A stretch of 64,000 nt of DNA from an uncultured Planctomycetota bacterium (lineage in GTDB: Bacteria; Planctomycetota; Planctomycetia; Isosphaerales; Isosphaeraceae), in assembly GCA_963845755.1 (NCBI GenBank), contig CAWJTV010000007.1:1-64000 (forward strand). Reading direction: 5' to 3'. Below the pieces are notes generated by a model. It saw only the letters and a list, made by a program, of their open reading frames with translations, was not told the DNA's origin and did no database searches. Both the position numbers and the translations under genes were made by a program. Shown here piece after piece: positions 43,430 to 57,062 of this stretch (the stretch's first letter is position 1; the number at the start of each line of letters is the position of its first letter).

Positions 43430-45867
43430 GTGCGCCGTGGCTAAGGTTTGTCTGGTCTTGTCGGGAGTGCCCCGACCCCGCTGGAAGAAGGCGGGTCAAA
43501 CGTTCCGCTGACCTTCAACCGAAAGGATCGAGGGGACAACAGCATGCGGAAGAAGCGACGTGAGGCCCAGCGTCAAAGGGCCGAGAGACGTTCGCAAGTT
43601 AGGCCACGCATGGGTAAGGCTGGATTGCTTGAACTCCAGTCCCAGTGGGTGTGCTCGATCACCGCCGGGAATGACGCTGAAACCCGGATTCCTGTCTCAC
43701 GGGGGCATGCCATTCACCTCCGTGATCTTCCGGCAGGACACACCCTGCAATGAGCAGGGGCAAGGGATGAACGGAGGCCCTCAACGTGGACCGGACCTGA
43801 CCGACAACCACGGGATCGCCTAACGGCAGCAATGCCCAAGGCGACAGAGTCCCCGTAGTAGGCATCGGCCCAAGGGGGACAGGACACAGGGCTTCACCAA
43901 GAACGGGGTGACTCGGATGAGTCATTCAGCCCTACTCAGGCTTGAAGCACTGCGGAAGTGCAACACGGACCTCAACTGGGTCAACGCGGATCTGTATCGA
44001 CTCCTCTACAAGACGGATCTCTACATCGTCGCGTATGAGAAAATCAAATCCGCTCCCGGGAACTTGACTCCTGGCACCGACGGGATGACTCTCGATGGGT
44101 TCTCCATGGATGCCATCGACGACATCGTGGCGACCCTGCGAGACGAGGGTTTCCAATTCAAGCCTTCGCGGCGGGAATACATTCCCAAGGCAAATGGCAA
44201 GATGCGGCCTCTCGGCATCTCATCCCCAAGGGACAAGATCGTCCAAGAGGTCATCCATGTGATCCTCGAAGCGATCTACGACAGTCCGAAAGGGCCTACC
44301 TTTAGCGACTGTAGCCATGGTTTTCGGCCTGGTCGAGGGACTCACACGGCCCTGCATGAGTTCAGGACCAAGTGGTCTGGTGTGACGTGGATCATCGAAG
44401 GGGATATAAAATCCTGCTTCGACGAGATCGATCACCACGTCCTGGTTTCCCTGATCCGGAAGAGGATCTCGGACGAACGCTTCATCGGCCTGATCTGGAA
44501 AGCACTCCGGGCAGGCTACCTATGGAGGAAGGAACCGGGGGCCTCGTTTATCGGGACCCCGCAGGGGAGCGTGGCCAGCCCTATCCTCGCCAACATCTAC
44601 CTGCACGAACTCGACCTCTTCGTCGAGGGACTACAGCAGAAGTACGAGAAGGGCAGCAAGCGGAAGGACAGCCCCGAGTATCACCGGATCAACTATCGCA
44701 GGCAGCGAGCGTTGAAACGGTCAGGTGGGATCATGACGCCGGAGATTCGCGCTTTGACGAAACAGATGCGATCTCTCCCGTCGATGGACACGTTTGACCC
44801 TGGCTTCGTCAGAGTCAAATACATCAGATATGCAGACGATTGGATCGTCGGCGTCACGGGGCCGAGGTCCCTGGCCGAACAGATCAAGGACGAGATTCAG
44901 GCGTTCCTATGGGACAGGCTGAAACTGCAACTCAGCCAGGAAAAGACGGTCGTCACTCACGCCAAGACCGAGGAGGCCTTCTTTCTCGGGACGCGGCTTC
45001 AGGTGGGGGCCGTCAACCCACAGCCCAAGGTTACCCACTGCCACAACCAACGGCGGCACTACCGGCGCCGGTGTACGGGGTGGAGCCCGCTGATGCGAGC
45101 GCCGATCAGGAAACTGGTCAAGCGTCTTCACCAGAAGGGCTTCTGTGACGGTGAGGGCATCGCCCGATCCAAGACAGCGTGGGTCTGCCTGGAGGTGAAG
45201 CACATCATCGAACTGTTCAACAGCACCAATTGGGGGCTGTTGAACTACTACAGGTTTGCTGACAACTTCGCCTCCATGAGCCGTATCCAGTACATCCTGC
45301 ATTTGTCACTTGCGAAGACCTTAGCCCACAAGTTGCAGAAGCCCGTTAAGCAGCTCCTCTGCGAACACGGACGCACTCTGCAATTCAACTGGAAAGACGG
45401 CGAGGGGAAGGAACGGAACACCTTCTTCAAAGCCAACTCCGACTGGACCCGGAACCCCACGGCATTTCTAACGGGAAGAGATCAAACCGACCCACTGGAG
45501 ATGCACGTCCGATTCCGGACAAGGTCCCGCCTGGACCACCCATGCATCATCTGCGAAACAACGGTCGGGGTGCAGATGCACCACGTCCGTCACATCCGAA
45601 AGATGGAGGGCAAACCTGTCGGTGGGTTTGCCTGGCTGATGCGACTCCAGAACCGGAAGCAAGTGCCCGTCTGCCGAGAGTGCCACCGTAAGATCCACCG
45701 AGGAGAATATGATGGCCTCCGACTGGCGGACCTGGCATACCGGGTTGGACCGTGACACAAATGTAGATCCTGTGTCTGGAGAGCCGGATGCACGAAAACG
45801 TGCCTGTCCGGTTCGGGAGGGGGCGGTTGGATTCCCTTGAGATCAAGGGGCTGGCCGCCTACCTCAT
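43430..45867 (+). mobile_element. group II intron (IIA/ML-like), apparently intact
   Basis: 5' GTGCG; domain V GAGCCGGATGCACGAAAACGTGCCTGTCCGGTTC at 45781-45814; domain VI ending CCTACCTCAT; EBS1 CCATTC (43710-15) pairs with IBS1 GAATGG. Confidence 0.92.
43908..45755 (+). CDS. ltrA: intron-encoded RT/maturase/HNH endonuclease
   Basis: TPGTDG, YIPKANGKMRPLGI, GTPQGS, YIRYADD, domain X NYYRFADN, CIIC...HHVRH...CRECHRKIH. Confidence 0.95.
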   Translation: MTRMSHSALLRLEALRKCNTDLNWVNADLYRLLYKTDLYIVAYEKIKSAPGNLTPGTDGMTLDGFSMDAIDDIVATLRDEGFQFKPSRREYIPKANGKMRPLGISSPRDKIVQEVIHVILEAIYDSPKGPTFSDCSHGFRPGRGTHTALHEFRTKWSGVTWIIEGDIKSCFDEIDHHVLVSLIRKRISDERFIGLIWKALRAGYLWRKEPGASFIGTPQGSVASPILANIYLHELDLFVEGLQQKYEKGSKRKDSPEYHRINYRRQRALKRSGGIMTPEIRALTKQMRSLPSMDTFDPGFVRVKYIRYADDWIVGVTGPRSLAEQIKDEIQAFLWDRLKLQLSQEKTVVTHAKTEEAFFLGTRLQVGAVNPQPKVTHCHNQRRHYRRRCTGWSPLMRAPIRKLVKRLHQKGFCDGEGIARSKTAWVCLEVKHIIELFNSTNWGLLNYYRFADNFASMSRIQYILHLSLAKTLAHKLQKPVKQLLCEHGRTLQFNWKDGEGKERNTFFKANSDWTRNPTAFLTGRDQTDPLEMHVRFRTRSRLDHPCIICETTVGVQMHHVRHIRKMEGKPVGGFAWLMRLQNRKQVPVCRECHRKIHRGEYDGLRLADLAYRVGP

Positions 45868-46656
45868 CACTAGCTTTAGCGCAACATCCGATCGGACTTA
45901 GACTTGTGAACAGAGAGCCTACAAGCTCCTTGGGCCTGATCCCAGGGGCACCGTCTGAAGCCCCATGTTTCCCGGCTCTTCCGTCACCAACAAGATGATC
46001 ATAGTTGGATATTGGCGACGGAAAACCCGCCAGCCGCGAGCGCAACTCTTTTAGAAATAATGATTTGTGCTTAAGCTAGTGCCATTCGTCTGATCGACCG
46101 AAGCAGCCAAGGATGTCGTTGCGCGCGTTCGGTCGGATCGACCGAAGCCATCTTCTGCCGGTAATGTCGGACGCGACTGGAGCCAAGCCAGTGTACGCTT
46201 GACCCTAGATCCTCCCCAGGCCGATGATAGGGCGATGCTCCGAGAACTCCCGGAAGACACCAAGTTGCGCCTCGGCTATCGCATCGCCTACGGGGAAGCC
46301 GCCCGCCTGGCGGAGATGGCCACATTCGACCACGGCTGGGGCAGGGACTTCGCTGCCCAGATCGGCGGTCAACCCGACGCGATCGAGAAGGAAGTGTTGC
46401 GGCGGGTCGGCCCGGGCTCCATCCCGAGGTCGTCAAGTTGGCGGTCCGGGACGCCCTAGAGCCCCGAAAGCCGCGGTGGTGAGGGGCGGAGCGTCGTCGC
46501 ATCATCGCGTGCGGGATCCGGCGTGGCCGTGCGTGCCGGACCGGGGATATTGCCCCTCCAAGCGCTTATGATGAAGCTACGATAGTACGGTTCGCCGGTC
46601 CGGGTTTGCCCTTCGTCTTGGGGCGGCCCGCGGTTTCATGATCGGGGGAGATCGCT

Positions 46657-47385
46657 ATGAGGCTCGATGGAAAACGGGTGGTTATCATCGGCGGGAGCTC
46701 GGGGATCGGCCTGGAGACGGCACGGCTGGCGCTGGCCGAAGGAGCATCCATTACCATCGCCGGTAGGTCAGAGGGCCGACTGCAACGGGCCGCCGAGAGC
46801 CTGGTCGCCGCGGGGAATGTTGATCGGCTTCGCACCGTCGTCGCCGACATCGCCGTAGAATCGTCGATCCAGGCACTATTCGCAAGCGAGACGCGGGTCG
46901 ATCATGTCTTCCTGCCAGCCGGGGAACTCAGGCCAGGAGGCGGTGACGTGCTGGGAACCGAGCTCGAAGGGCTGCGGTCGATCCTGGAGGTCCGCCTGCT
47001 CGGCGTGGCCCTCGTCTTGAGGCAAGCGAAGCCGCGGATGGAGGGCGGTTCAATCACGCTGATGTCCGGCCTCTACTCGACGCGCCCGGCAGCCGGCGGA
47101 GCGATGGCGGCTGCCGCCGTCGCAGGGGTGGAGGGTATGACCAGGGCACTGGCATTGGATTTGGCCCCGATTCGGGTCAATGCGGTGGCTCCCGGCCTGA
47201 TCGACACGCCGCTCTGGGCCGCCTTCGGCCCGCAACGGGAAGCATTCGCCGCGAGGGCCGCCAAGCTGCCGGTCCGACGGATCGGCCGGCCGGAGGAGGT
47301 GGCCGAGGCGGTCCTCTTCCTGATGACCAACGGGTTTGTCACTGGGACCGTCTTGCGGATCGACGGCGGGGGTGGGCTGGTTTGA
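46657..47385 (+). CDS. SDR family oxidoreductase
   Basis: IIGGSSGIG, RVNAVAPGLIDTP, IGRPEEVA, IDGG. Confidence 0.92.
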   Translation: MRLDGKRVVIIGGSSGIGLETARLALAEGASITIAGRSEGRLQRAAESLVAAGNVDRLRTVVADIAVESSIQALFASETRVDHVFLPAGELRPGGGDVLGTELEGLRSILEVRLLGVALVLRQAKPRMEGGSITLMSGLYSTRPAAGGAMAAAAVAGVEGMTRALALDLAPIRVNAVAPGLIDTPLWAAFGPQREAFAARAAKLPVRRIGRPEEVAEAVLFLMTNGFVTGTVLRIDGGGGLV

Positions 47386-47710
47386 ATGGTAGCGCCCAGA
47401 TGGTCGGGTGGGCGAAACCAAGGGGTCTGCCGTTGAAGGATAATCTTACACGAATCTGAACGCCACGCTGAGCGAGGGCAGCTACCTAGGCCGGCCTCGG
47501 CACCATTCACCACGCAGGGCCACCATGTTCCGGGTCAGTCAACAGGGCGAGGGCATCGACGACGCCGACACCATTGAGCCCGGGAGATCGTCAGGGGCCG
47601 CTTGGAGGCGAGCCCCACCAACCCACCTCCAAGCCATGGACTGCCCAAGATGGAATCGCGTATCATCCACCAGGGAGTGAAGCCCGAGGAACCGACAAGG
47701 CGAGGGATCG

Positions 47711-49553
<1,843 letters not shown>

Positions 49554-50054
49554 ACTCGGGTGGGCGGTTGACGCCGACCTGCGGAGGGCTGGCCGGCGGC
49601 TCGGCCGGGCCGCAGGGCGGAGCCCAGCCGGCCGGAGCCGGAGTGAGCCCGAGGTCGCGGGCGTTGAATCATCCTGGAAACGACGACAAGGCAAGAGATC
49701 AAGAGGCACCAGCTCCTCCCTTGCCCCTTGGCACCCGCCCCGCCTGACACCTCGAACGCCCCGCACTTGGCCTCACGAGGGGTTCAACCGCGCCGGCACG
49801 AACTCGCGATCCACGACCACCCATAACCCAGGCTGCTCGACGTTGTAACCGGTCAGCCGCTAGAACCGGCGCCCCTGATCGTCACACCTGACTCCAGGGC
49901 CGTCCCGATCGGCGAGTGGTTGTCCCGGGCCGCCTCGACCCGATGGCGTGGATCCTGTCCCGATAGAGGATCGGTCCCTTGGCCGGGCCGATCTTGGTGA
50001 AATATGCGACCGATCCTCTCCTCATCCCTAGGTAGTAACGCCCTCGCCAACATC

Positions 50055-51024
50055 TCACGCGAGACTCTTCGCCACTTCCTCGATGGTAGTCGGCGCGTGC
50101 CCTTCGAGCCGGTTGTTGATGAACAGCCAGGATGGGACCTTCCGATGCAGCGACTGCCTGGCGATCTCGACCATCCCCTCCCGAGCACCCTCGTTCAGCT
50201 CCTGAAGATGCTCGTAGGGCTCGAAGGACTCCACCGCCTTCTCGTAGGCACGCCCTCGGGCCAACAGCGCCCGGACAACCGTGAAATCAGCCGTGTAGGC
50301 GTCGGTGAGCCGGGCCTGCTGGTCGAGAACGGGCATCCGGGTCCAGGCGTTGAACACGTGGGCGACGTTGTGTGACGCCAAGAGGCCGAAATACTCCGGC
50401 GACAGGTAGTTTTCGTTCCGGATCTCGACCGCGTATCGGAATCCCTGCGGCAAGGATCGTAGGAAAGGATCGAGCCGTGCCAGGAAATCGGCGGGAGTCG
50501 GGAACGTGGTCTTGTTGAACGACCCGAACTCGAAGATCAGCGGACCGAGCCGTTCCTTGTAGGGCTCGAGCGCCTTTGCGAAGAACCGATCGAAGGTCTT
50601 CGCATGGAGGAAGTGCTCATTCTCCAGGCCGGCACGCTTGCCGTACCGGGCATGCTTCGGCCAGACGGGGACCGTGATGTCTTCCGGCACCTTCAGGCCG
50701 AGGAGGAACCCCGCTGGAATCTGGCCGAAGAGCCGTTCCCAATACTCCTCGGTCGGGAACTGGTAGAAGGCGAAGTCGCCGCAGACGGTCGGGAAGGTCT
50801 GGGCATACTCGGCCAGGCACGTCTCCTCGAACTTCTTCTTCGAGAGCTTGCCCCGCGTCACATACGCGATCCTGGCTGTAAATGCTGCCAAGCCAACCCT
50901 CGTACTTCCACGAGCTGGTGCCGAAGTAGATACGTTGCTCGGCGAGCGCCCGCAGCTTCGGCCGAAGGCGGGCGGCTTGTGGTGGCAGGTCGTCGGAGTC
51001 GTCGAACCCTGGGAACCGCGACAT
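50055..51024 (-). CDS. DUF72 family protein (frameshift ~50865)
   Basis: YFGTSSWKYEGW, LKVPEDIT, YAVEIRN, FINNRLEGHAP. Confidence 0.88.
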
Positions 51025-51115
51025 CGGATGGCCTCCAATGCGTACCGTAGGGCCACGCCCCCAGTATAACCGGCCCCTCGCACCGTCACATCTCGACCCC
51101 TTGCCGACGATCAAT

Positions 51116-51586
51116 TCAAATCCGCTGATCGATCAGCACCGGCATGCGGTCGGAGCCCGTCATCACCTTGTAATAATGTGATGCTGGCTCGCAGATCATA
51201 TAACAGACCGCCCAGCCCTGCTCGTCGGGCACGAGCAATCCCCGGACACCCGTCTCGATCAGGAACCAGACGCCTCGCCGCTCCAGCCCGTAATTCGCCG
51301 GGATTTCGACCGGCACGCCCCGGCTGCCCTGCCATCGCCCTTCGCGGATTGAAGCCTCCCAGGTCCAGCCGGTCCGCGGCAAGATTCGGCTTCGGCCCCG
51401 GCCGTTCCCCCATCGGGCGATCTGGAGTTGCCCGTCTCGCCAGATCGGCAGGCACGCGCGGCGGTCACGGAAGAGGAAGCGGTACTCCTCCCGCTTGCCG
51501 CGCAGATGCCGGCGGCGTCGCAGCCCGAATCGCCCTATCAACTCCGTAGGCAGTTCGCTCCCTGCGACGGCAATCCCGAGACACAC
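51116..51586 (-). CDS. SRAP-like (SOS response-associated peptidase-like) protein
   Basis: GTG start gives MCLGI (Cys2), RWG, C-terminal DRMPVLI; divergent from the Y-family polymerase. Confidence 0.55.
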   Translation of the reverse strand: MCLGIAVAGSELPTELIGRFGLRRRRHLRGKREEYRFLFRDRRACLPIWRDGQLQIARWGNGRGRSRILPRTGWTWEASIREGRWQGSRGVPVEIPANYGLERRGVWFLIETGVRGLLVPDEQGWAVCYMICEPASHYYKVMTGSDRMPVLIDQRI

Positions 51587-51611
51587 GCCGGTTCTTCCCG
51601 CCTCCACCGCC

Positions 51612-51639
51612 TTGACTGTCCGCCTGTTTATAGTAGGCT
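51612..51639 (+). promoter_or_regulatory. possible sigma70 promoter for the Y-family polymerase (leaderless)
   Basis: TTGACT-16 bp-TAGGCT, ending 7 nt before the ATG at 51647. Confidence 0.35.
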
Positions 51640-51646
51640 TTTGTTC

Positions 51647-52869
51647 ATGGGGCGCCAAGGGCCGGTTGGACATGTTGACGCCGATGCGTTCTACGTCTCC
51701 GCGGAACGGGTTCGCTACGCGCCACCTGGCCGACATGCCGGTAGGCGTCCTGGGGAATCAGGGCGCGTGCGTCATTGCCAAGTCCTACGAGATGAATGCT
51801 CTGGGCGTGAAAACGGGCATGCCCATCTGGGACGCGCAGCGGCTCTGCCCCGACGGCCTCTACGTCAAGCGGGATTTCCGATGGTATGAGGTGCTCTCGA
51901 GGATGATGCTCGAGGCCGTCCGCGAACTCTCGCCGAGGGTCGAGTATTACAGCATCGACGAATTCTTTTTCGATGCCTCGGTCGCCCCGGCCGATGATTT
52001 CCAGTCCTTCGCGGTGTCGATTCGGGACGAGATCATGGGGCGCGTCCATGTCCCGGTGACAGTCGGGATCGCCCGCACGCGGCACGCTGGCCAAGCTGAT
52101 CTCCGACGCCGCCAAGCCATTCGGGGCGATGGCGATTTTGGACCGAGGCACCGAGGAGTCGTTGCTGGCCGCCCACCCGGTTACGGACGTCACGGGCATT
52201 TCCGGACGGCGGGAAAAGCGGCTGATCCCGTGGGGTATTCGCACATGCCTCGATCTCGCCCAGGCCGACCGGCGGTTAATCCGGCAGATCCTGACCGCCA
52301 GCGGCGAGGCGTTGTGGTGGGAACTCAACGGCGATCCGGTTCTCCCGATCCGAACGCAACGGATGCCGCACAAGGTCCTCTCCCGCGGCGGAAGCTTCGG
52401 CGAGCCGACCGATGTCCCCTCCGTGCTCTGGGCGTGGCTGGTGCGCAATCTCGAGCGGCTGATCGAGGAGTTGGTCTACCACCGGGTGCTGACCGGCCGC
52501 AGAGCGGTCTGGGTGGGATATCGAGACGGCCGCGCGGGCGAAGGACGAGCGACCTTGCAGGTGCCGACTAACCGATTTGACGCCCTGCTGGAAACGTACC
52601 GGCCCTGCCTTCGGAGGGCCTGGTTGCCCCGCACACTCGCCTCTCGGATGCATTTGTTCGCCGATGATCTGACGCCGGACGTGCCGCGGCAACTGGGATT
52701 GTTCGATCGGGACGGCGAGGACGCCGCGACCGAATTGAAGCGGACGATCAATCAGAAGCATGGTCGATTCGCGCTGCGGAGCGCGGCTACGTTACCTCTA
52801 GCGCCGATCTATGCCGACAATGCCCAGGCGTACGACATCTGCGACGTGCACGGCAAGATGTGTTTCTGA
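51647..52869 (+). CDS. Y-family (DinB/UmuC-like) DNA polymerase (frameshifted)
   Basis: HVDADAFY, VIAKSYE..LGVKTGMP, YYSIDEFF, TVGIA, QLGLF clamp motif. Confidence 0.9.
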
Positions 52870-53073
52870 ACTGGGAATCGAGCTTGCCTCCGAGCCCCGG
52901 CCATCCGGGATACGCCCGACCGAGCACCGCGGACACAGCCATGCCCGACCGGAACTCATAGGATACGGCTCAGGTGTCATACGCCGACTTCCAATCAAGT
53001 TGGCTTGAGCCGATCGCTCGAACTGACTATGCTGGCGGGACGTAAGTTCTTCTCCTAACTGGTCAATCCTTCC

Positions 53074-54178
53074 ATGACACACCCGTTCGAGTTGGACGCG
53101 GCGATCGGGCTGGACGCCGCGTGGCTCCTAACTGCGCAGGTCGAAGTCCGGAGCTTGGTCCCACACCCCGCCGAAGCCGAGACGCACACGTTGCCAGTCG
53201 CCCTCATGGTAGGCATGGCGCTGGCCGGCATCGCCGCCCTGGCCTGGCTCTACGTCCGCAAGCGGCGTGTGCAGGAGATCGTCGATGCGCAGTTCAAGGG
53301 CTTCCGCGAGCGTGCCGTCGCGCTGATGGACCAGCTCGACGCCCTGCGCAAGCGTCAGAGTGAACTCCCCACGACAGACCCCGACTTCACCGAGCCGATG
53401 GCGGGCGCCACGCTGTCGCTCTACCAGGGGGTCAGCTCCGACCTGGACGCCCTCTGGGAGCGCTGGCTCCGCGTGATGGACATCTGGAAGACGGCCCAGG
53501 GTCGGCTCCAGTCTGACTCGGGGTTGACCACCCAGGCGGCGCACGACGCCGGGGCGCTGTTGAAGTCCGGCGACCTCGACCGGCTGCAGGCCCTGGCCGG
53601 CTCGTGCAAGGAGCAGCTCGACCGGCTCAACATCGCCCACGAGCGCCGCCCGAGCCGCCTTGAAGTCGGGTCGCCAAGAGCTGGCGCAACTGCGCGGCGC
53701 CGTCGAGCGGGGGACCGGCGTGCTCTTGCCCGACGACCCCCACCACGCCGAGATCGAATCGGCCGAGGCCGCCTTTTCCGAGGCCGAGTCCCGCCTGGCG
53801 TCCGACCCGATCGGCGCCGAGAGCACCATCCAGCGGACCCGCCAGGCCATTGCTGCCGCCTCAGTGCCCCCCCAGCCCATTCCCGGCCGACCCTGGGGAC
53901 CCTCCGCCATTTCGATCTTCGACGATCTGGCCTCCGCCGCCGACGGCCTCCGCTCGACTATCGCCCGGCTCAGGGTTTTCGACCTGATCGGCTGGTTCGT
54001 CCGGATCTGGCTGTTCGTCTGGGTCGCCGGCCTGCTCCTGGCCGTCTTCACTACCGTCCTGCCCCTGGCGCTGCTCGCCCTCGGCCTGCTCCTCATGCTG
54101 ACCCTCGGCTGTGGGTTCGTCCGCCTCCTGCTCTTGTTCCTCGGCATCGGCCCCTGGACGTCCCGGCGCTTACGGTGA
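53074..54178 (+). CDS. hypothetical membrane protein (frameshift ~53650)
   Basis: N- and C-terminal hydrophobic segments with a coiled-coil middle across two frames. Confidence 0.55.
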
Positions 54179-54314
54179 GGTGGCTCCGCCGTTGCCCTCA
54201 TCTTGCGTGCCCGTCAAACTGGACGGGTCCGGCAACGACAAGGCGGGAGTGTCGGCCGGGCCGGACGCCAGATCCATCGTGTAGGAGACAGTGGTCATCC
54301 ACAGGAATGACACC

Positions 54315-54662
54315 ATGACTCGCCGAACGCTGTTGACCGCCACACCTGCCTTGCTGGCCTCGCCGGTTCGCTTCGGCCCCGCCGCCGATCAGGGGCTGCC
54401 TCCATTGCCGGAACCCGGCCAGCCGATGCAGCAGGTCCTCCGCGCCTTGATCGCCTGGCATGGCGGCACGGCGGCGGCTGTCGTTGCGTTGACACAGGGG
54501 TTGGACCAAGAGTTGGGCGAGTACGTCGATGACGAGCAGTACAACGCGATTCGACCGCACCTCGAACGACTCGAGGATTGGGCCGGCGCTCGGACGGTTG
54601 ACGAGGTAACCTACGAGGATCGCGTTCAGGCGGCTTGTGCGAGATATGGATACGTGCGGTGA
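54315..54662 (+). CDS. hypothetical protein
   Basis: ORF MTRRTLLTATPALL... Confidence 0.45.
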   Translation: MTRRTLLTATPALLASPVRFGPAADQGLPPLPEPGQPMQQVLRALIAWHGGTAAAVVALTQGLDQELGEYVDDEQYNAIRPHLERLEDWAGARTVDEVTYEDRVQAACARYGYVR

Positions 54663-54819
54663 TCGCCTGATAGCCGTTGAACCTCATCGATCCCGGCATC
54701 GTCCCGACCGCTCCAGGTGAGCCCCGCCAACCCACCTCCAGGGCATGGACTGCCCACGATGGAGTCGCGTATCATCCACCGGAGGTTGAGGACCGAAGAA
54801 ACAATGCTGTGGGGTATCG

Positions 54820-56068
54820 ATGCCCAAGATCTTCCTCTCTTACCGGCGCGAGGATTCAGCCGCCGAGGCCGGACGGATCTACGACCGCCTGCGCATCCAC
54901 TTCGGCGACAACGCTGTCTTCATGGACATCGACGCCATTCCATTCGGTGTCGATTTCCGGGAACACATCAGAGAGGCGGTCGAACAGTGCGGCATTCTTC
55001 TGGCTGTCATCGGCCCCAACTGGTTCGGCCCTGCCGGCATCTCCCCGACGGATCGATGATCCGCGTGACTTCGTACGGATTGAGATTGAATCCGCGTTGG
55101 AACGAAAGCTCCCCGTGGTCCCGATTTTGATCAAGCATACCCGGATGCCGGCCGAGACGGACCTACCGCCCTCCCTGGCCTCGCTGGCCTTTCACAATGC
55201 GCTGGAGCTGGATCAGGGACGGGACTTCCATTCCCATGCCGACCGGCTCATCAAAGGGATCGAACGACTATTTCCGCCTTCGCCGCGAGAGATGACGAAC
55301 TCGATCGGGATGAAGCTGACCTTGATCCCCGCCGGGGAATTTCAGATGGGCTCGGATGAGAGCGACACGGACGCGAGGGACACTGAGTTTGTGGTCAACC
55401 CCGAGGGCGAGAAGCAGAAGCACTTGGTGCGGATCACCCGGCCGTTCTACTTGGGGGTGACCGAAGTGACCCAGGGGCAATACCAGGCGGTGATGGGCAA
55501 GACCCCGAGCGTTTTCAGGATGTCAGATGATCTACCCGTTGAGCGAGTTTCTTGGTTCGACGCAATCGAGTTCTGCATCAAACTGAGCGACAAGGAAACC
55601 CAGCAACCCCGCTATCGGATTGAAGACAAAACGGTTACGTTCACTGGCGGTTACGGATACCGTTTGCCCACCGAGGCGGAATGGGAATATGCCTGCCGAG
55701 CCGGCAGCACAACGCGTTATCCGTTCGGAGATGATGAGAACGGCCTGGGAGAGTACGCGTGGTACCACAAGAACGCCGGTGGTAAGACCCACCCCGTCGG
55801 TCAGAAAAGAGCCAACGTGTGGGGCCTCCACGACATGATGGGAAACGTGTGGGAGTGGTGCTGGGACGGGTATGCAGTCGATTATTACAAGGGGTCAACG
55901 GTGGACGATCCGCATGGCGCCACAAAGTCTGAGGGCCGGGTGGTCCGCGGCGGAAGCTGGAACGGCAACCCGCTCGCTTCCCGATCGGCGCACCGCGCGT
56001 GGTTCGGGCGGGAGTTCCGGAGCGACATCTTGGGGTTCCGCGTCGCCCTCGGGGACTCTGGCCGCTGA
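54820..56068 (+). CDS. TIR + FGE-sulfatase (CLec) protein, paralog 2 (frameshift ~55040)
   Basis: IFLSYRREDS, FVRIEIE, TNSIGMKLTLIPAGEF, RLPTEAEWEY, RGGSW...GFRVAL. Confidence 0.9.
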
Positions 56069-56239
56069 GCCCAGGCGAGGCATCGCCAGCGGGCTCGCCG
56101 AGGACTGGCCGGCGGTGCGGCAGAGCCAGAGGTCGAAGCCGGTCGTGGCTGCGGATGATCCGGCATCCGGACGGGCGGGTTGAGGAAGAGGCGTAGCCGT
56201 GGGAAATGGGTACTCATTCGCAATCGGGCTGAAGCCTCA

Positions 56240-56872
56240 TTAGAATCCTTCGGTGAGGGTCTCCAGGATCTCCTTCAGATGCGCCGATTTCTTCTTGAAG
56301 TGAAACTCGATCATCGGGAATCCTGCCGCAATCCCAATGCCCGGGTCCACATCTACGAAGAGAGCACCCGTCTTGCAGGCGTTCACTATCAACTGCATGA
56401 CGAGACCCGCGATTTTCTTCAACTTCCTCCACAGTCTCATCAAGAAGAATCCGTCCTTTGTTGGTGGCGCCGGTGCATGTGGGGCAGGGGCGGCAGGCGC
56501 CGCTGGAATAAGTTTAGGATCAAAATCGGTCAGCCCGAGTTCGTGATAGCGCGTGAGCGTATCCTGCAAACTGCTGCCACTTTTGACCGATTCCAGCACA
56601 TTCTGAATGATGAAGGCCCTCGCCTGGATATCGTTCAGCGCCTTCAGTCCGTTCCTCACGATGTCCGCCGGCTTGTATTCGCCGAAGAACGCCAGTTTTT
56701 CCAGCGTGTCCACAAGGAAGTTGTCTTGCTCTTTCTCGAAGGATTCTTGCAAGGGTGTGTCGCGGGAGGAGGATGATACGAACTTCCGAACCGCATCGAC
56801 CGTCTGCTTTGCATCTTCTATGATCTTGGAGTGATTCTTTTCCGCGATCTCGCGGGGTTGAAGATCTGCCAT
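56240..56872 (-). CDS. hypothetical protein (lower GC)
   Basis: 210-aa ORF with GGAG RBS. Confidence 0.65.
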   Translation of the reverse strand: MADLQPREIAEKNHSKIIEDAKQTVDAVRKFVSSSSRDTPLQESFEKEQDNFLVDTLEKLAFFGEYKPADIVRNGLKALNDIQARAFIIQNVLESVKSGSSLQDTLTRYHELGLTDFDPKLIPAAPAAPAPHAPAPPTKDGFFLMRLWRKLKKIAGLVMQLIVNACKTGALFVDVDPGIGIAAGFPMIEFHFKKKSAHLKEILETLTEGF

Positions 56873-57062
56873 GGTCGGGAATCTCCTCCGATACGAATGG
56901 CGAAAGGCGTACCCGGGAGTAGACTGCTTACGATAAACGCGATCCGGATGCTTATGATGCCAACTACGTCTCGCTTATTCAAGACATGAGCCAACTCTCG
57001 CCTTCCCTCTCCGAGCGGACCAAGGATCCTCTCCCGGAAACATGCTCGACCACACGCCGACA

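Larger units (their letters stand above)
43424..46087. mobile_element. IS4-like MITE (226 bp without the intron), left TIR split by the group II intron
   Basis: Rejoined left TIR GAATGG|CACTAGCTTTAGCGCAA vs right TIR (revcomp of 46065-46087) GAATGGCACTAGCTTAAGCACAA, 21/23 identical; flanks GTATAATCGAC / GTCTGATCGAC (9/11). Confidence 0.75.

Noticed and set aside
43426..45997. Short ORF (MALALAQHP...) created by splicing the intron
   Set aside because: It lies inside the MITE, is only ~44 codons and has no recognisable features
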